DNA from: Candidatus Woesearchaeota archaeon
GTDB lineage: Archaea > Nanobdellota > Nanobdellia > Woesearchaeales > JAGWAF01
Assembly (NCBI GenBank): GCA_016211165.1
Contig: JACQSU010000016.1
Location: forward strand, 1-54,283
Reading direction: 5' to 3'
Length of the DNA stretch: 54,283 nt
Shown: positions 17,465 through 27,230 of the stretch, one piece after another
Layout of the letters: each line of letters begins with the position of its first letter
How positions within the stretch are numbered: position 1 is the stretch's first letter
The notes under the pieces: model-generated
What the model was told of the DNA's origin: nothing
Databases searched by the model: none
What the model saw: only the letters and a program-made list of their open reading frames with translations
Position numbers and translations under genes: made by a program

Positions 17465-18628
17465 ATGAGGACCGCATATACTAGCATCAGCCCTGTATCC
17501 ACGACCTACTCCACCATCCATCACATCTGCCGACTACGGAACCTTGGGGTGGATAGGGCCATTGTGAATGTCTGGGACACGTTCGTGTATGAACATCCAG
17601 CATTTGTCGCGCGCATGGACCCAACACGCAATCGACGCGAACAGCTTGAGATAGGCGTGCGAATTATCGAGGGGGTGCTACGATCACTTGACATCGACTA
17701 TCGCATCACCTACCTAAGCGAGAGCTGGCCGCGGATGTTTCGCAAAGCACGACCGACACGTGCATTCTCGCGCGTGCTTAGCTCAATCACGTTCCGTGAC
17801 ATCAAGGAAAAAGCAAGTTTTCGATACCCATACTTTGATGAATTCACACTTTCCAAAATGAACTACATCATCGCCGACTACCTCATCGCAACGTATCTAC
17901 ATGAAGTACACCCCGAACTTGCAACAGCGCCTGCTGCTGTTTATCTTACAGGCGAGCGCTTCCGCGTCTTTGGAAAGACGATATCCTCGATTATATCAAA
18001 GATCGATCCGGGAATTGGGCTACCGGATATCTCCTATGTCAAAGATTTCCCATTTATCACAGACCCCGTGACAGATGTTATGCCATCAATTGAAATGTCC
18101 CTACAGCAGATCACAACGATTGTTGCATCCCACAATGCGTCCACTAAAATGGATGCTTCATCACTTCTGGAGCTCTTCGTAGTCCTGGGCGACATCATCA
18201 CTGAAGGCAACTATCTGTTTGAAGGAAAGAAGATGAAATCCCAGGCAGTGCTTGCGCATGCGTCCAAGAACCCATCAAAGATAGCGGCTATTATCGCAGA
18301 AAATCTTGTTGCATACCATGAAACAATTCGATCACTTGCCAAACCACGAGACCTTGCCACTACCAAAAGCCTCCTTGTTGCTGATGCAAAGAGTTTTGAT
18401 CACGCTGTGCGACCACTCAATGAACTTAAGCTATCCATCCTCTCGCTGTGCGACGGTCGACGCACGAGCTTTGAGATTGCCAAAGAACTTGACGTGCCAT
18501 TGCCTACCGTCTCTGTCTACTTTGGACGACTACGACAGATGGGAATGATCTCAACTGATCGGAGGCCACACCGACTAATCAAGAACATCGTTGTTGATTT
18601 AGAAGGAATGGGACAAGAACGTCAGTGA
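17465..18628 (+). CDS. Degenerate class-I (TyrRS/TrpRS-like) aaRS-fold protein fused to a C-terminal ArsR-type wHTH
   Basis: C-terminal LKLSILSLCDGRRTSFEIAKELDVPLPTVSVYFGRLRQMGMIS is a clear wHTH. The N-terminal ~230 aa aligns by eye with the TyrRS motif order (TIHH for HIGH, YLSES, NYIIADYL, TGERFRV, IEMSLQQ for KMSKS). Confidence 0.7.
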   Translation: MRTAYTSISPVSTTYSTIHHICRLRNLGVDRAIVNVWDTFVYEHPAFVARMDPTRNRREQLEIGVRIIEGVLRSLDIDYRITYLSESWPRMFRKARPTRAFSRVLSSITFRDIKEKASFRYPYFDEFTLSKMNYIIADYLIATYLHEVHPELATAPAAVYLTGERFRVFGKTISSIISKIDPGIGLPDISYVKDFPFITDPVTDVMPSIEMSLQQITTIVASHNASTKMDASSLLELFVVLGDIITEGNYLFEGKKMKSQAVLAHASKNPSKIAAIIAENLVAYHETIRSLAKPRDLATTKSLLVADAKSFDHAVRPLNELKLSILSLCDGRRTSFEIAKELDVPLPTVSVYFGRLRQMGMISTDRRPHRLIKNIVVDLEGMGQERQ

Positions 18629-19087
18629 GAAGTTTGCAGTTGACAGTTCCCAGGATGCCAGGGACTTATAGTCAATACGCACTGCATCTCCAACACCAAA
18701 CCCATACTCTTTAGCCAATCCTGCATTGATCTCAAACACATACATTGCAGGAGGGGAGGGATATGCTGGACACGGATCCTTGATGCAGGGCTGGACATTC
18801 TGATGGATGTAAACGATGCGTCTTGATTCATTGATAAAGATCATGTCCAATGGGATCTTGGTGTTCTTCATCCAGAATGAACGAGGGGCATCGTCAGGAA
18901 AGATGAAGAGCATTCCTTTGTTGATGCCGAGTTGTTCGCGGAACATCAAACCCTGCGACCACTCATCGGGAGCATCTGCTATCTCCGCGCCGAATACATG
19001 GGGGCCTATTATCACAGAATCTGAGTTCGTTGCGCATGACAAAAGCAAACCGCAGACGAGCAAGACCAGACCAATACCGGATTTCAT
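18599..19087 (-). CDS. DUF192-family secreted lipoprotein
   Basis: Signal peptide with LLSC lipobox. DUF192 motifs GLMFRE..GMLFIF..FWMKNTKIPLDMIF. The 3' end overlaps the convergent gene by 30 nt. Confidence 0.8.
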   Translation of the reverse strand: MKSGIGLVLLVCGLLLSCATNSDSVIIGPHVFGAEIADAPDEWSQGLMFREQLGINKGMLFIFPDDAPRSFWMKNTKIPLDMIFINESRRIVYIHQNVQPCIKDPCPAYPSPPAMYVFEINAGLAKEYGFGVGDAVRIDYKSLASWELSTANFSLTFLSHSF

Positions 19088-19174
19088 ACAGAGGTGCGAC
19101 GATGAATCCTATATTAAATCGTTGGACTGGCAGGTGTAATCGACTCCCGTATCCTGTGGATTCCCGTCATTGGA

Positions 19175-19252
19175 CTTATAGGCAGTTGACGAATTATAAT
19201 GGAGGAAGTAGTTCACTATCTAAATTTCCACTATTTCGTGAACCAGCTATAA
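19175..19252 (+). mobile_element. Family-C MITE-like element (78 bp)
   Basis: Starts cttataggcagttgacgaattata (24/24 identical to the start of 48630-48738) and ends gtgaaccagctataa (terminal inverted arm). It lies in a divergent intergenic region. Confidence 0.65.
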
Positions 19253-19298
19253 CCTGCAAACGACACATTATTATACTAACTCTCGTCGATAGGACGCT

Positions 19299-19724
19299 AT
19301 GTTCCTAGAGTCTACAGGCGACCGGATCGCAGAGATCCAAAAGGTCAATGACTTGGCGATGACATTATACAAAATGCACCTTGCTGCATCAATGGATGAC
19401 GCTGTGAAAATGGCTGAAGATACACTCTTTGGCGCATCAAAACGAGAAGCCATCTCGGCACAGCATATCGATGAGAGGCCTATCGGAGCAATGATGACGC
19501 CGGAGCGACCTGGAGACGCGGAGGTTCCATCGCCGCAAGCGACACCTGAACAGCTTCAAGAGATCGACGCAAGCGCGCTTGATGAAGACGTCATCGAGAT
19601 CCCTCAAGGCGATGACGTGATCCTCATCGGCGGATCACCAATCACCGAAGCAGTGATCAAACCGCAAGAACCAAAGCGCGACGTACAGACCAGATTGGTG
19701 ATACCGGATGCCCAATCCAACTAA
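19299..19724 (+). CDS. Hypothetical acidic protein
   Basis: ATG start, acidic/P-rich low-complexity C-terminal half, overlaps the next ORF by 17 nt. No motif recognised. Confidence 0.5.
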   Translation: MFLESTGDRIAEIQKVNDLAMTLYKMHLAASMDDAVKMAEDTLFGASKREAISAQHIDERPIGAMMTPERPGDAEVPSPQATPEQLQEIDASALDEDVIEIPQGDDVILIGGSPITEAVIKPQEPKRDVQTRLVIPDAQSN

Positions 19725-19971
19725 TCGGACAAAACAAAGAGACGCACACGAGAAAGCGCTCCGCAAAAGCATCGCCTCGGACTTGAAACTCCTCAAAAAA
19801 GAACACGCACGCATCAAAGCAGCGACTAATGCAATGGAAGAAGATATCAAAAAGACTGCAAAGAATGTAGAAGGCGCATCTATTCGATCGGCGCAACTCA
19901 CATCAATGCTGCGAGACTTGCGCACCATACGCTCCAAAGCACGCAAACTGCTCAAGAACGGGTTTGGGTAG
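19708..19971 (+). CDS. Hypothetical basic coiled-coil protein (87 aa)
   Basis: ATG start and heptad-like K/R/E-rich sequence, coupled to the upstream ORF. Confidence 0.45.
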   Translation: MPNPTNRTKQRDAHEKALRKSIASDLKLLKKEHARIKAATNAMEEDIKKTAKNVEGASIRSAQLTSMLRDLRTIRSKARKLLKNGFG

Positions 19972-20067
19972 ATATCGCTAACTGCGCAGCTTGTGTCCCA
20001 TAAACGACACGCAGTTAGCGAGATAGACAACTGAGTCTAATCGGCTATAAACCGCGCAGTTGTCTAT
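19972..20067. repeat. Two adjacent hairpins after 19708-19971
   Basis: atatcgctaactgcg/cgcagttagcgagat (19972-19986 / 20010-20024) and atagacaactg/cagttgtctat (20023-20033 / 20057-20067). Both loops contain ATAAAC. Confidence 0.65.
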
Positions 20068-20173
20068 ACATCTTTTTACGACAAGAAACTTTCGTGCCAT
20101 TATACCACTAAAGAATCCATCGTTGCTGCAGCGCAACACCTAATTTTTTAAATCTCTGCCCACTCTTAAACAT

Positions 20174-21406
20174 ATGCTCAAACACACATTATGTGAGAAA
20201 CTGACCTATCCTGATTTTTCCCTTTCTGAGGTTTTCGAGGCCTGGGGGAATGGAGGTGAATTCGGGCCTGCAATACATCATTTTTTGGATTGGTATGATG
20301 GTTCTTTACAAGCAGCGATCAACACGTTTAAAGAAGAGATTGGCCGGCGTACCGATAAGAAGATCGGTATGGAGATTAATAGATACTGGAGTTCTCTGCT
20401 TGAATCTCTTGAACAATTGGGCTTCCGGATTAAGACGGAAGGAGCGGTTGTAAACCAGTCCGGTCAGGTTACTACAACACAATTGGGGGAATTGATCCCG
20501 TTGTTTGAAAACCATTTTAGGGATTTCGCTACAGTGTTAGGTCCTTTTTTTCACAGGTACGGAAAGACGCTTTCTGAGAACGTTCTTGATCAACGCATCG
20601 ATGAGAAACGTGATCTACTGCGAAGATACCCATATTTTTATGACCGCGAGAAAGCAAGTGAGAGCCACATAATCGGAGGCAGTACTCATGATCGCGGAGC
20701 ACGGTTTGGGATCCCTTATGAAGTGTATAATGTGACCACCAATGAAAATCCCGCAGCCGGGATACGTCGTATCGCAGCAATGGGAAAAAACCTAACTTTG
20801 ATGCGCGCTATAAAGTACATCCACGATCCCGAAGTACCTAGGGTTCTTGGTGTTTTTGAAATCGTGGAAAGAGTATTTGGTTCACAGGATCAGGTGCATT
20901 ATATAAGGCGACAACAGGAAATGCTGGATGCTATCAAAAAGTCTGCCGATTTATTAGATCACAGATCGGACCGTGAGCAGATTCTCCCCAATATTTACAT
21001 GTCGCCTATGGATGTAGAAAAAGGATACCATACTAGACTAGCTGATGTTTCACAACTCATGTCAGAAGTCCTCAATACACATGTGGAACCGACCGCAGAA
21101 TCCATCGGCCAGTGGCGCCTTCCCACCTTGGAAGTATTAGAAGAGAAATGTCGAAATGGGTGTGACTATAGGCTAGATACTTTACAAAGGAAGTTGAAAT
21201 TCCAACAGGATTTTGGTTTTAGGGAATATGCAAGAGACCGAATGAAGGAGATAATTTGTCGAGCTGCAGGATCTGTGCGACTTAAGGTTCCAGAAGTTTT
21301 TTGTCTTGAGCATGTTTTCTTTCATGTAGGCTGCTTTTCAACAGGTGACAAGTTCGGCCTTGAATATACGATTGACGCAGAACCTGGTATCTCATTTCAC
21401 GTGTAG
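20174..21406 (+). CDS. Hypothetical protein (410 aa) in a low-G+C segment
   Basis: Uninterrupted ORF with ATG start. Composition and codon choice (tta, ata, aga, ttt) differ from flanking genes. No recognised motif. Confidence 0.65.
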   Translation: MLKHTLCEKLTYPDFSLSEVFEAWGNGGEFGPAIHHFLDWYDGSLQAAINTFKEEIGRRTDKKIGMEINRYWSSLLESLEQLGFRIKTEGAVVNQSGQVTTTQLGELIPLFENHFRDFATVLGPFFHRYGKTLSENVLDQRIDEKRDLLRRYPYFYDREKASESHIIGGSTHDRGARFGIPYEVYNVTTNENPAAGIRRIAAMGKNLTLMRAIKYIHDPEVPRVLGVFEIVERVFGSQDQVHYIRRQQEMLDAIKKSADLLDHRSDREQILPNIYMSPMDVEKGYHTRLADVSQLMSEVLNTHVEPTAESIGQWRLPTLEVLEEKCRNGCDYRLDTLQRKLKFQQDFGFREYARDRMKEIICRAAGSVRLKVPEVFCLEHVFFHVGCFSTGDKFGLEYTIDAEPGISFHV

Positions 21407-21466
21407 TGTCGTAGTATAGGTATCTTCCGACGCAATGCTTAAATAGCGATTTTAGCCGAAAACAGC

Positions 21467-22630
21467 ATGAACATCGATGCCTTCGCATTCGCGACCCTTG
21501 TTCTGATCCTATCGGTGTTCGTCTACCGCCACCGCAAAGACATCGAAGTCGTCCCTGTTATCAAACCAGTGATGAGTTTCTACATGTACCGCACGACCAT
21601 TGGCTTGGATCTTATGGATAGCATCGCCAATCGGTGGGGATGGATGCTTGTGCGACTCGAGTCCGCGATTGTAGGGGTTGGATTCGCAGGAATGGCATTT
21701 GTCTCATTTGAGATGGTGCGCAATCTTGTCGTATCACTCACCAATCCATCGGCAATCTCTGGAGCAGCCCTTGTGCTGCCCATTCAAGCAAAAGGCGTCT
21801 TTTACGTGCCCTTCTTTTACTGGATCATCGCCATCCTCGTCGTCGTGTGCATCCACGAATTCTGCCACGGGCTTTGGAGTCGAGTAGCAGGAATACGCGT
21901 GCTTGCGAGCGGATTCGCGTTCCTCTCCATTCTCTTGCCTGTCATACCAGCAGCATTTGTCGAACCAAACGAGAAGAAACTCGCAAAGCAATCAGCAAAA
22001 GCGCAGTTATCAGTGTTTGCCGCAGGACCAGTCTCTAATCTCGTCTTTGGACTGCTGTTGATGGTGCTGTCGCTATCCATAACACGACTTGTCATTGATC
22101 CAATGCACAGTCTTGAAGGAGTGACCATCCAGGGATTCCACGCCGACCAGAATTATGCCATCCATACAAGCGGCATGAGTGTCGGCGAGAGGATTGTCGG
22201 CATTGATTCCACGGACATTCGAAAGACTGCAGATTTGAGTGCGGCTTTGGAAGGAAAGAAACCAGGAGATGGAGTTATTGTGAGGACAAACAGGGCACAT
22301 TACCCACTGACATTAGGTACAAATCCCGCGGATGCTACCAAGCCATACCTTGGCGTTCTTATCAAACAATACAAAGAGCTCACGGATCCGAACCTTGGCA
22401 AAGAGATCCTTGTATGGCTTGACGGACTCCTATTCTGGGTCTTTGTATTATCGCTCGGCGTAGGATTTTTCAACCTGCTACCGCTTGGTATCGTCGATGG
22501 CGGCAGAATGTTTCACACGCTTGCTGCGATGTATATGCCAAGAGAACGAGCGGCGAAAGTCTACCATGCTGTCAGCGCGTGCTTTATGATCGTGATTGTG
22601 GGAAGTCTGGTGATTAACTTCATCCGGTAA
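21467..22630 (+). CDS. Site-2 protease (peptidase M50) with PDZ domain
   Basis: HEFCHGLWS (HExxH) in a TM helix, NLLPLGIVDGGRMF second motif, central PDZ-like segment. Confidence 0.9.
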   Translation: MNIDAFAFATLVLILSVFVYRHRKDIEVVPVIKPVMSFYMYRTTIGLDLMDSIANRWGWMLVRLESAIVGVGFAGMAFVSFEMVRNLVVSLTNPSAISGAALVLPIQAKGVFYVPFFYWIIAILVVVCIHEFCHGLWSRVAGIRVLASGFAFLSILLPVIPAAFVEPNEKKLAKQSAKAQLSVFAAGPVSNLVFGLLLMVLSLSITRLVIDPMHSLEGVTIQGFHADQNYAIHTSGMSVGERIVGIDSTDIRKTADLSAALEGKKPGDGVIVRTNRAHYPLTLGTNPADATKPYLGVLIKQYKELTDPNLGKEILVWLDGLLFWVFVLSLGVGFFNLLPLGIVDGGRMFHTLAAMYMPRERAAKVYHAVSACFMIVIVGSLVINFIR

Positions 22631-22692
22631 AAGGGGGCAAGCCCCCTTTTAAACCCCCTGTGCATATGGAGCAAGCCCCCTTTTAAACCCCC
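22629..22692 (+). repeat. Family-A palindromic repeat, one full plus one partial copy
   Basis: aaaagggggcaagcccccttttaaaccccc followed by ggagcaagcccccttttaaaccccc, between the convergent 3' ends of the S2P and subtilase genes. Confidence 0.8.
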
Positions 22693-22698
22693 TAAATC

Positions 22699-24063
22699 CT
22701 ACTGTATGACCGGAATTCCATAACCGCTTTGTACGTCATAACCTGACTCTGCGCCGCCGCCATTTGCGATGATGACGTCGTGGGCGATGGATCGGAGGTA
22801 TAATCTGGTTGATGCTGCGTTGCCTTTCCCATCAAGCGTACCATCAGCAATATCCCACACCGCCGCGGCAACGCCGGCGACTGTTGGGGTCGAGAAGCTT
22901 GTGCCAGAAAGAGCAGAATAGCATCCATCATTGTGCGTTGATTCAACTGCCACCCCGCCAGCGGAAAGCTCGACTTCGCGCGCAGAGATCAGGCCATCAT
23001 TGTCATCGTCAATGCCACGGGAACTAAATACTGCGCCGATCGCATCGATGTCATTCGCTGCAACTGCAATGACTCCTGGATTCGCGGCTGGATAATTGAT
23101 CGTGTCAAGCGCTGGACCGGAATTGCCTGCAGCTGCGATAAAGAGAATGTCTGGATGCCTTGTTATTGCATCACGAATAAGTGAGGAATCACTTGCACCG
23201 CCAAGACTCATGCTGACAATATTTGCCCCGCTGCGCGCCGCGTAGTCAATACCCTCTGCTATATCGTCGGCATAGCATATACCACTTGCGCCGCAGACCC
23301 TGATGATCTGCAGTTTAGCAGAAGGAGCTACGCCGATAAGACCCTTGCCATCAGGACCGCCTTCAGCAGCGATGATGCCTGCAGTGTGCGTCCCGTGACC
23401 CACGGATGATTGGTCGCTGCAGGATCCCTTCCTCGCGCCTCGCGTTGTCGTATCTGCGCACAGCGCAATATTCTCTAAAAGATCCGGATGATCTTTGCGC
23501 GCGCCGGTGTCAAGCACGGCAACAACGACCCCATCACCATTACTCATCGAAGCGCCATTCACTTGGAGCGTATTGTAAGCCTTCTGATTCGTAGGCGCAC
23601 ATGAACGAACAAATGGTGTCGTACCACAATCTTGCGGACAAGAGTTGGGCTCGTTTCCCTGGCACGTCATATCGCCACACACCGCCCTGCCCTGCGGACC
23701 CCAGTCATTGCGGAGCTGAATCTCATACTGGGCCACCTCGACTACATCGGCCTTGGACAGGAGCGCGGGTATGTCCTTGCGTTTGACATCTGCACTAAAC
23801 TTCTTGCCAAACTCATGCCGGACATCCAATGAGACCTCTGCCTTAAGCTCTTGTGCCAATGATGCTGACTTAGGAATGATAAGGACGCGAACAACATGAT
23901 CAGAGAGATCCTTGTGTGGCTTCTCCTCATAGATGACCGCGCCTGTGGGTGAAAAAGAGCGGCCATAGGGATGAACACCATCAAGGTAGTACAGCAGGAA
24001 ACCAATAGAGGTAAACGCTACGCACAGGAGAATGATACTATACTTCGTGGGATTGTCCAGCAT
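22699..24063 (-). CDS. Subtilisin-like serine protease (peptidase S8), membrane-anchored or secreted
   Basis: Catalytic triad motifs VAVLDTGA (Asp), HGTHTAGIIAA (His), SGTSFSTPTVAG (Ser). N-terminal TM/signal anchor and propeptide-like region. Confidence 0.92.
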   Translation of the reverse strand: MLDNPTKYSIILLCVAFTSIGFLLYYLDGVHPYGRSFSPTGAVIYEEKPHKDLSDHVVRVLIIPKSASLAQELKAEVSLDVRHEFGKKFSADVKRKDIPALLSKADVVEVAQYEIQLRNDWGPQGRAVCGDMTCQGNEPNSCPQDCGTTPFVRSCAPTNQKAYNTLQVNGASMSNGDGVVVAVLDTGARKDHPDLLENIALCADTTTRGARKGSCSDQSSVGHGTHTAGIIAAEGGPDGKGLIGVAPSAKLQIIRVCGASGICYADDIAEGIDYAARSGANIVSMSLGGASDSSLIRDAITRHPDILFIAAAGNSGPALDTINYPAANPGVIAVAANDIDAIGAVFSSRGIDDDNDGLISAREVELSAGGVAVESTHNDGCYSALSGTSFSTPTVAGVAAAVWDIADGTLDGKGNAASTRLYLRSIAHDVIIANGGGAESGYDVQSGYGIPVIQ

Positions 24064-24337
24064 AGCGGATCACGTATATAATAGGAGACTGCTTAATATA
24101 TAAATATTCCTATCTGTGTAGAGAAGCGTATACTGTCGACGTCTGTAACAGAGGCAAAAGCCGATTTTTAGCTTCATAACATTTAAGACGCGGGCCAATG
24201 ACTCCGAGCAGATGGTGCCCATACGTTCACAACAGCCCTCCAGTTGCCGACGATCGATGGTCGGCTTTGGCGAAGCTTTAAATACACTTTGTGACTACTC
24301 CGTAGTTAACATAAATCAATTGGGGGTCGACTAAACC

Positions 24338-25831
24338 ATGAAAAAGACAATGCTAGCAGTCTTGGTCAGCGTAGTCGCGCTCCTGCTTGTGTCCAACGCA
24401 TTCGCCCTTTCCGCGACAGCAGTCACGGTTGGGTCGGACCGCCAAAGTGCAAGCAACCCCAAAGCGCGCCTCACAACGGACCAAAACGTATTCGTGACAA
24501 CGACTGTCACACTCACCAATGACGGCAATGAAACACTGAACAGTTTGCGCTTGAATTCCGTGACGCCAAAGCTTGGCCTTAGCACCACGGACCTTAGCGT
24601 GAATGCAACATTCACAACGACAACGCTCGCGCCAAACGCCACGACAAGCGTCACGGTCAATATCCGCGTCCCTGAAAAACTTGACGCAGTTGACTCAACC
24701 AAATTCGCTGAAAAGGCATTCAATGTCGCGGACTTGCAATTCGCAGGAACCGGCGCCACAAGCGGCGCAAGCGCAACTGCGAACTCAGCAGTCAATATGC
24801 AGCGCCGAAACTACTTTGAAATCAAGGACATCGACATCTGTGTCAATGACCGATGCAAGTCGCTCTCAGACCGGGGCCGCATTGATGGCATCCGACCAGG
24901 AGACACCATCGACTTGCGCGTCACGATCAAGAACCGCTACTCGACCATCGAGCGCGAGGACCTTGACATCAATGACGGCGTCCTTGAATTTGAGATCGAC
25001 GATCGAGACTTTAGCGAGAACGACAATGTTGACCTAAGCGATATCTCATCTGATGAAGAGATTGAAGAGAGCTTCGCTTTCAGCGTCGATGACGACGTGC
25101 GCGATGGAACATTCAAGCTCGAGATCAAGACCTTTGGCCGCGATGAGAACAACGCCCTTATGGGTGAATTCAACACCATCGACCTGCGAGTCGAGCGCCA
25201 ATCACACGACCTCACGCTCCGACGCCTCGCAACCACTCCAACAGTGCTTGAATGCGGTGTCAACCGTGTGATGCGCATCACAACCACAGTCACGAATCTT
25301 GGAAAACGCGACGAAAACCGAGCAGCGATCGAAGTCCTAAGCGACGAGCTTAAGATCAAGGACCGCCTCACAGGTGTTCGCCTAAGCCAAGACGACTCAC
25401 GAACTGACACCTTCACGGTCAAAGTAGCAGACAATGTCAAACCAGGAACCTACCGCGTCAGCGCAAGAACGTTCTTTGATGACACTGCACAATCCGATGA
25501 GGGAACAGTCGACGTGACAGTCCCTGATTGTACAGGAAGCACAACGAGCACGACCGCGGATAGTGGCAGCGGAAGCACCCAACTATCAGCAGACGAGATT
25601 CGACAAGCACAACTTGAGGCACAGCTCGCAGAACTGCAGGCGCAACTCGCTGCCAAGCAGACCGAGCCTGTGGCGCCACGCACAACGACACGAACCACAA
25701 CACCAGCATCAAGCTTGAGTTCATTCACATCAAGCGGCTCGTATGTCGCACTGCTTGCGCTTGTCGTGCTCATCGTTGTTGTGCTCATCGTCGTGCTGAT
25801 TGTGAAATCTTCACGACCACGCGTCGAGTAA
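24338..25831 (+). CDS. Cell-surface (S-layer-like) protein with C-terminal TM anchor
   Basis: Signal peptide, Ig/CARDB-like T/N-rich domains, acidic repeats, coiled QLEAQLAELQAQLAAKQ, T/S-rich stalk. C-terminal helix LLALVVLIVVVLIVVLIV followed by a basic tail. Confidence 0.8.
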   Translation: MKKTMLAVLVSVVALLLVSNAFALSATAVTVGSDRQSASNPKARLTTDQNVFVTTTVTLTNDGNETLNSLRLNSVTPKLGLSTTDLSVNATFTTTTLAPNATTSVTVNIRVPEKLDAVDSTKFAEKAFNVADLQFAGTGATSGASATANSAVNMQRRNYFEIKDIDICVNDRCKSLSDRGRIDGIRPGDTIDLRVTIKNRYSTIEREDLDINDGVLEFEIDDRDFSENDNVDLSDISSDEEIEESFAFSVDDDVRDGTFKLEIKTFGRDENNALMGEFNTIDLRVERQSHDLTLRRLATTPTVLECGVNRVMRITTTVTNLGKRDENRAAIEVLSDELKIKDRLTGVRLSQDDSRTDTFTVKVADNVKPGTYRVSARTFFDDTAQSDEGTVDVTVPDCTGSTTSTTADSGSGSTQLSADEIRQAQLEAQLAELQAQLAAKQTEPVAPRTTTRTTTPASSLSSFTSSGSYVALLALVVLIVVVLIVVLIVKSSRPRVE

Positions 25832-26018
25832 ACACATCTTCTTTTTTCTTTTCATTAGTTTTTCTTCTCATTTGATCGGAGGATTTTCTGTTTTGTCGTT
25901 GATTTTTTGAAAGTATTCTGCTCAAATCAGAAGACTTCCGCACGAATTGTATGACCTTACGGAATTCTTTGCACAACGCACGTTAAGTAGGATCACCACT
26001 CATTTCTTGGTGATTCAC

Positions 26019-27230
26019 ATGAAACTGATACAATTGGTTATGGTGGCGTGTTTAGTGTTGGGATCAATGCACTACGCTTCTGCACAAGTCCGCATCGAAG
26101 CGACGCTTTATGACCCTGTCGTTACTGAAACAGGCGGGGAATTTGCGCTGTTGCGGAATTATGGCAATAATTCTGTTGACATCTCAGGCTGGACCCTCGC
26201 CACGGCATCCACAGATCGTGACGTTGTCTTTGCACAAGGGACAATCATCAGGGGCGGATTACGGATGCTCATCGCAGACATTGGATGGAACACGTCCCGG
26301 GACAATATGTCGTGGCCGCTTGCGGATCTTGAAGACACGATTACACTTGGGAACCAGAACTCTGGCATAGCGCTGATGAATGGCTCTACAATCATCGATG
26401 CTGTAGGTTGGGGAACTCCAGCAGATGCAAGATTCTACATAGGGACACCGAGCCCGCATGTCAATGCATCAGGACAGATTTTACTACGTGTGGCAAACAC
26501 AGGAAACAATTCTGCGGACTTTATTGTGGGCGACCCATTCGCACAGACCGGGCCACCAGCGGATAGACTGCCCATCGAAGTCACAGTTGTCGCGCCAACA
26601 CTTGTCATCTTCGACGTCCTCATCAATGGCATACACAATGCAAGCATCATCCCCACGCCAGGGCAGATCAGTCGCGTGCCGGTACTTGCGAATCTTTCTG
26701 CGGGAACGACCAATGCAAGCATCAGTTTTCTTGGCCTACACTATATAATGCAACAGAATGGAAGCCTGTGGTACACGCGCATTGACCTACCCTACTCTGC
26801 AGGCCCAGGAACCTACGATGTCACGGTTCACACTTCAAGTGTGAGCTCAAGCATTGCGCAGGCATTTCCCCTCTCCGTCGAACCAGTCTTGGCATACGCG
26901 CTCGAGAATGCCAGTATTTCATTTGGCAGTGTCGCAGCTGGTGGTGGAGTCTCGCCTGCATTGCGACCAACACTCCGGAATATCGGCAATCTGCCCATCG
27001 ACATGGTCATATCGTCCACCTCGCTCAATTCGCCATCAGGAAACATCCCAGCAAGCAAGGTGATGATCCGAGATGGAGGGAACTTAATCACGCTGGATAC
27101 ATCACAAGCGCTCGCGATCGGACTCGGACCAACACAACGGTATTTGCTTGACATCCTTCTTGAGATTCCAGCGGCAACTGCAGCAGACACATATCGCGGC
27201 TCGCTGCTTGTGCGAGGGGTTCGGTCATGA
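26019..27230 (+). CDS. Secreted protein with N-terminal lamin-tail (LTD) domain and Ig-like domains
   Basis: ATG 26019 gives signal peptide MKLIQLVMVACLVLGSMHYASA. LTD motif GGEFALLRNYGNNSVDISGWTL. The 25947 start is a TTG extension. Confidence 0.75.
   Translation: MKLIQLVMVACLVLGSMHYASAQVRIEATLYDPVVTETGGEFALLRNYGNNSVDISGWTLATASTDRDVVFAQGTIIRGGLRMLIADIGWNTSRDNMSWPLADLEDTITLGNQNSGIALMNGSTIIDAVGWGTPADARFYIGTPSPHVNASGQILLRVANTGNNSADFIVGDPFAQTGPPADRLPIEVTVVAPTLVIFDVLINGIHNASIIPTPGQISRVPVLANLSAGTTNASISFLGLHYIMQQNGSLWYTRIDLPYSAGPGTYDVTVHTSSVSSSIAQAFPLSVEPVLAYALENASISFGSVAAGGGVSPALRPTLRNIGNLPIDMVISSTSLNSPSGNIPASKVMIRDGGNLITLDTSQALAIGLGPTQRYLLDILLEIPAATAADTYRGSLLVRGVRS

Noticed and set aside
17336-17524. 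Long version (117 aa) of ORF 17171-17524
   Set aside because: It would run through the palindrome/TATA region and the start of 17465-18628. An internal ATG with a GGAGGTG site gives a cleaner 54-aa gene.
24331-25788. Minus-strand ORFs antisense to the surface-protein gene (24331-24795, 24937-25440, 25450-25788) and the +2 frame ORF 24603-25037
   Set aside because: These are low-complexity S/R/T-rich translations created by the repetitive T/D/N-rich coding strand. The plus-strand gene has a signal peptide, domains and an anchor.
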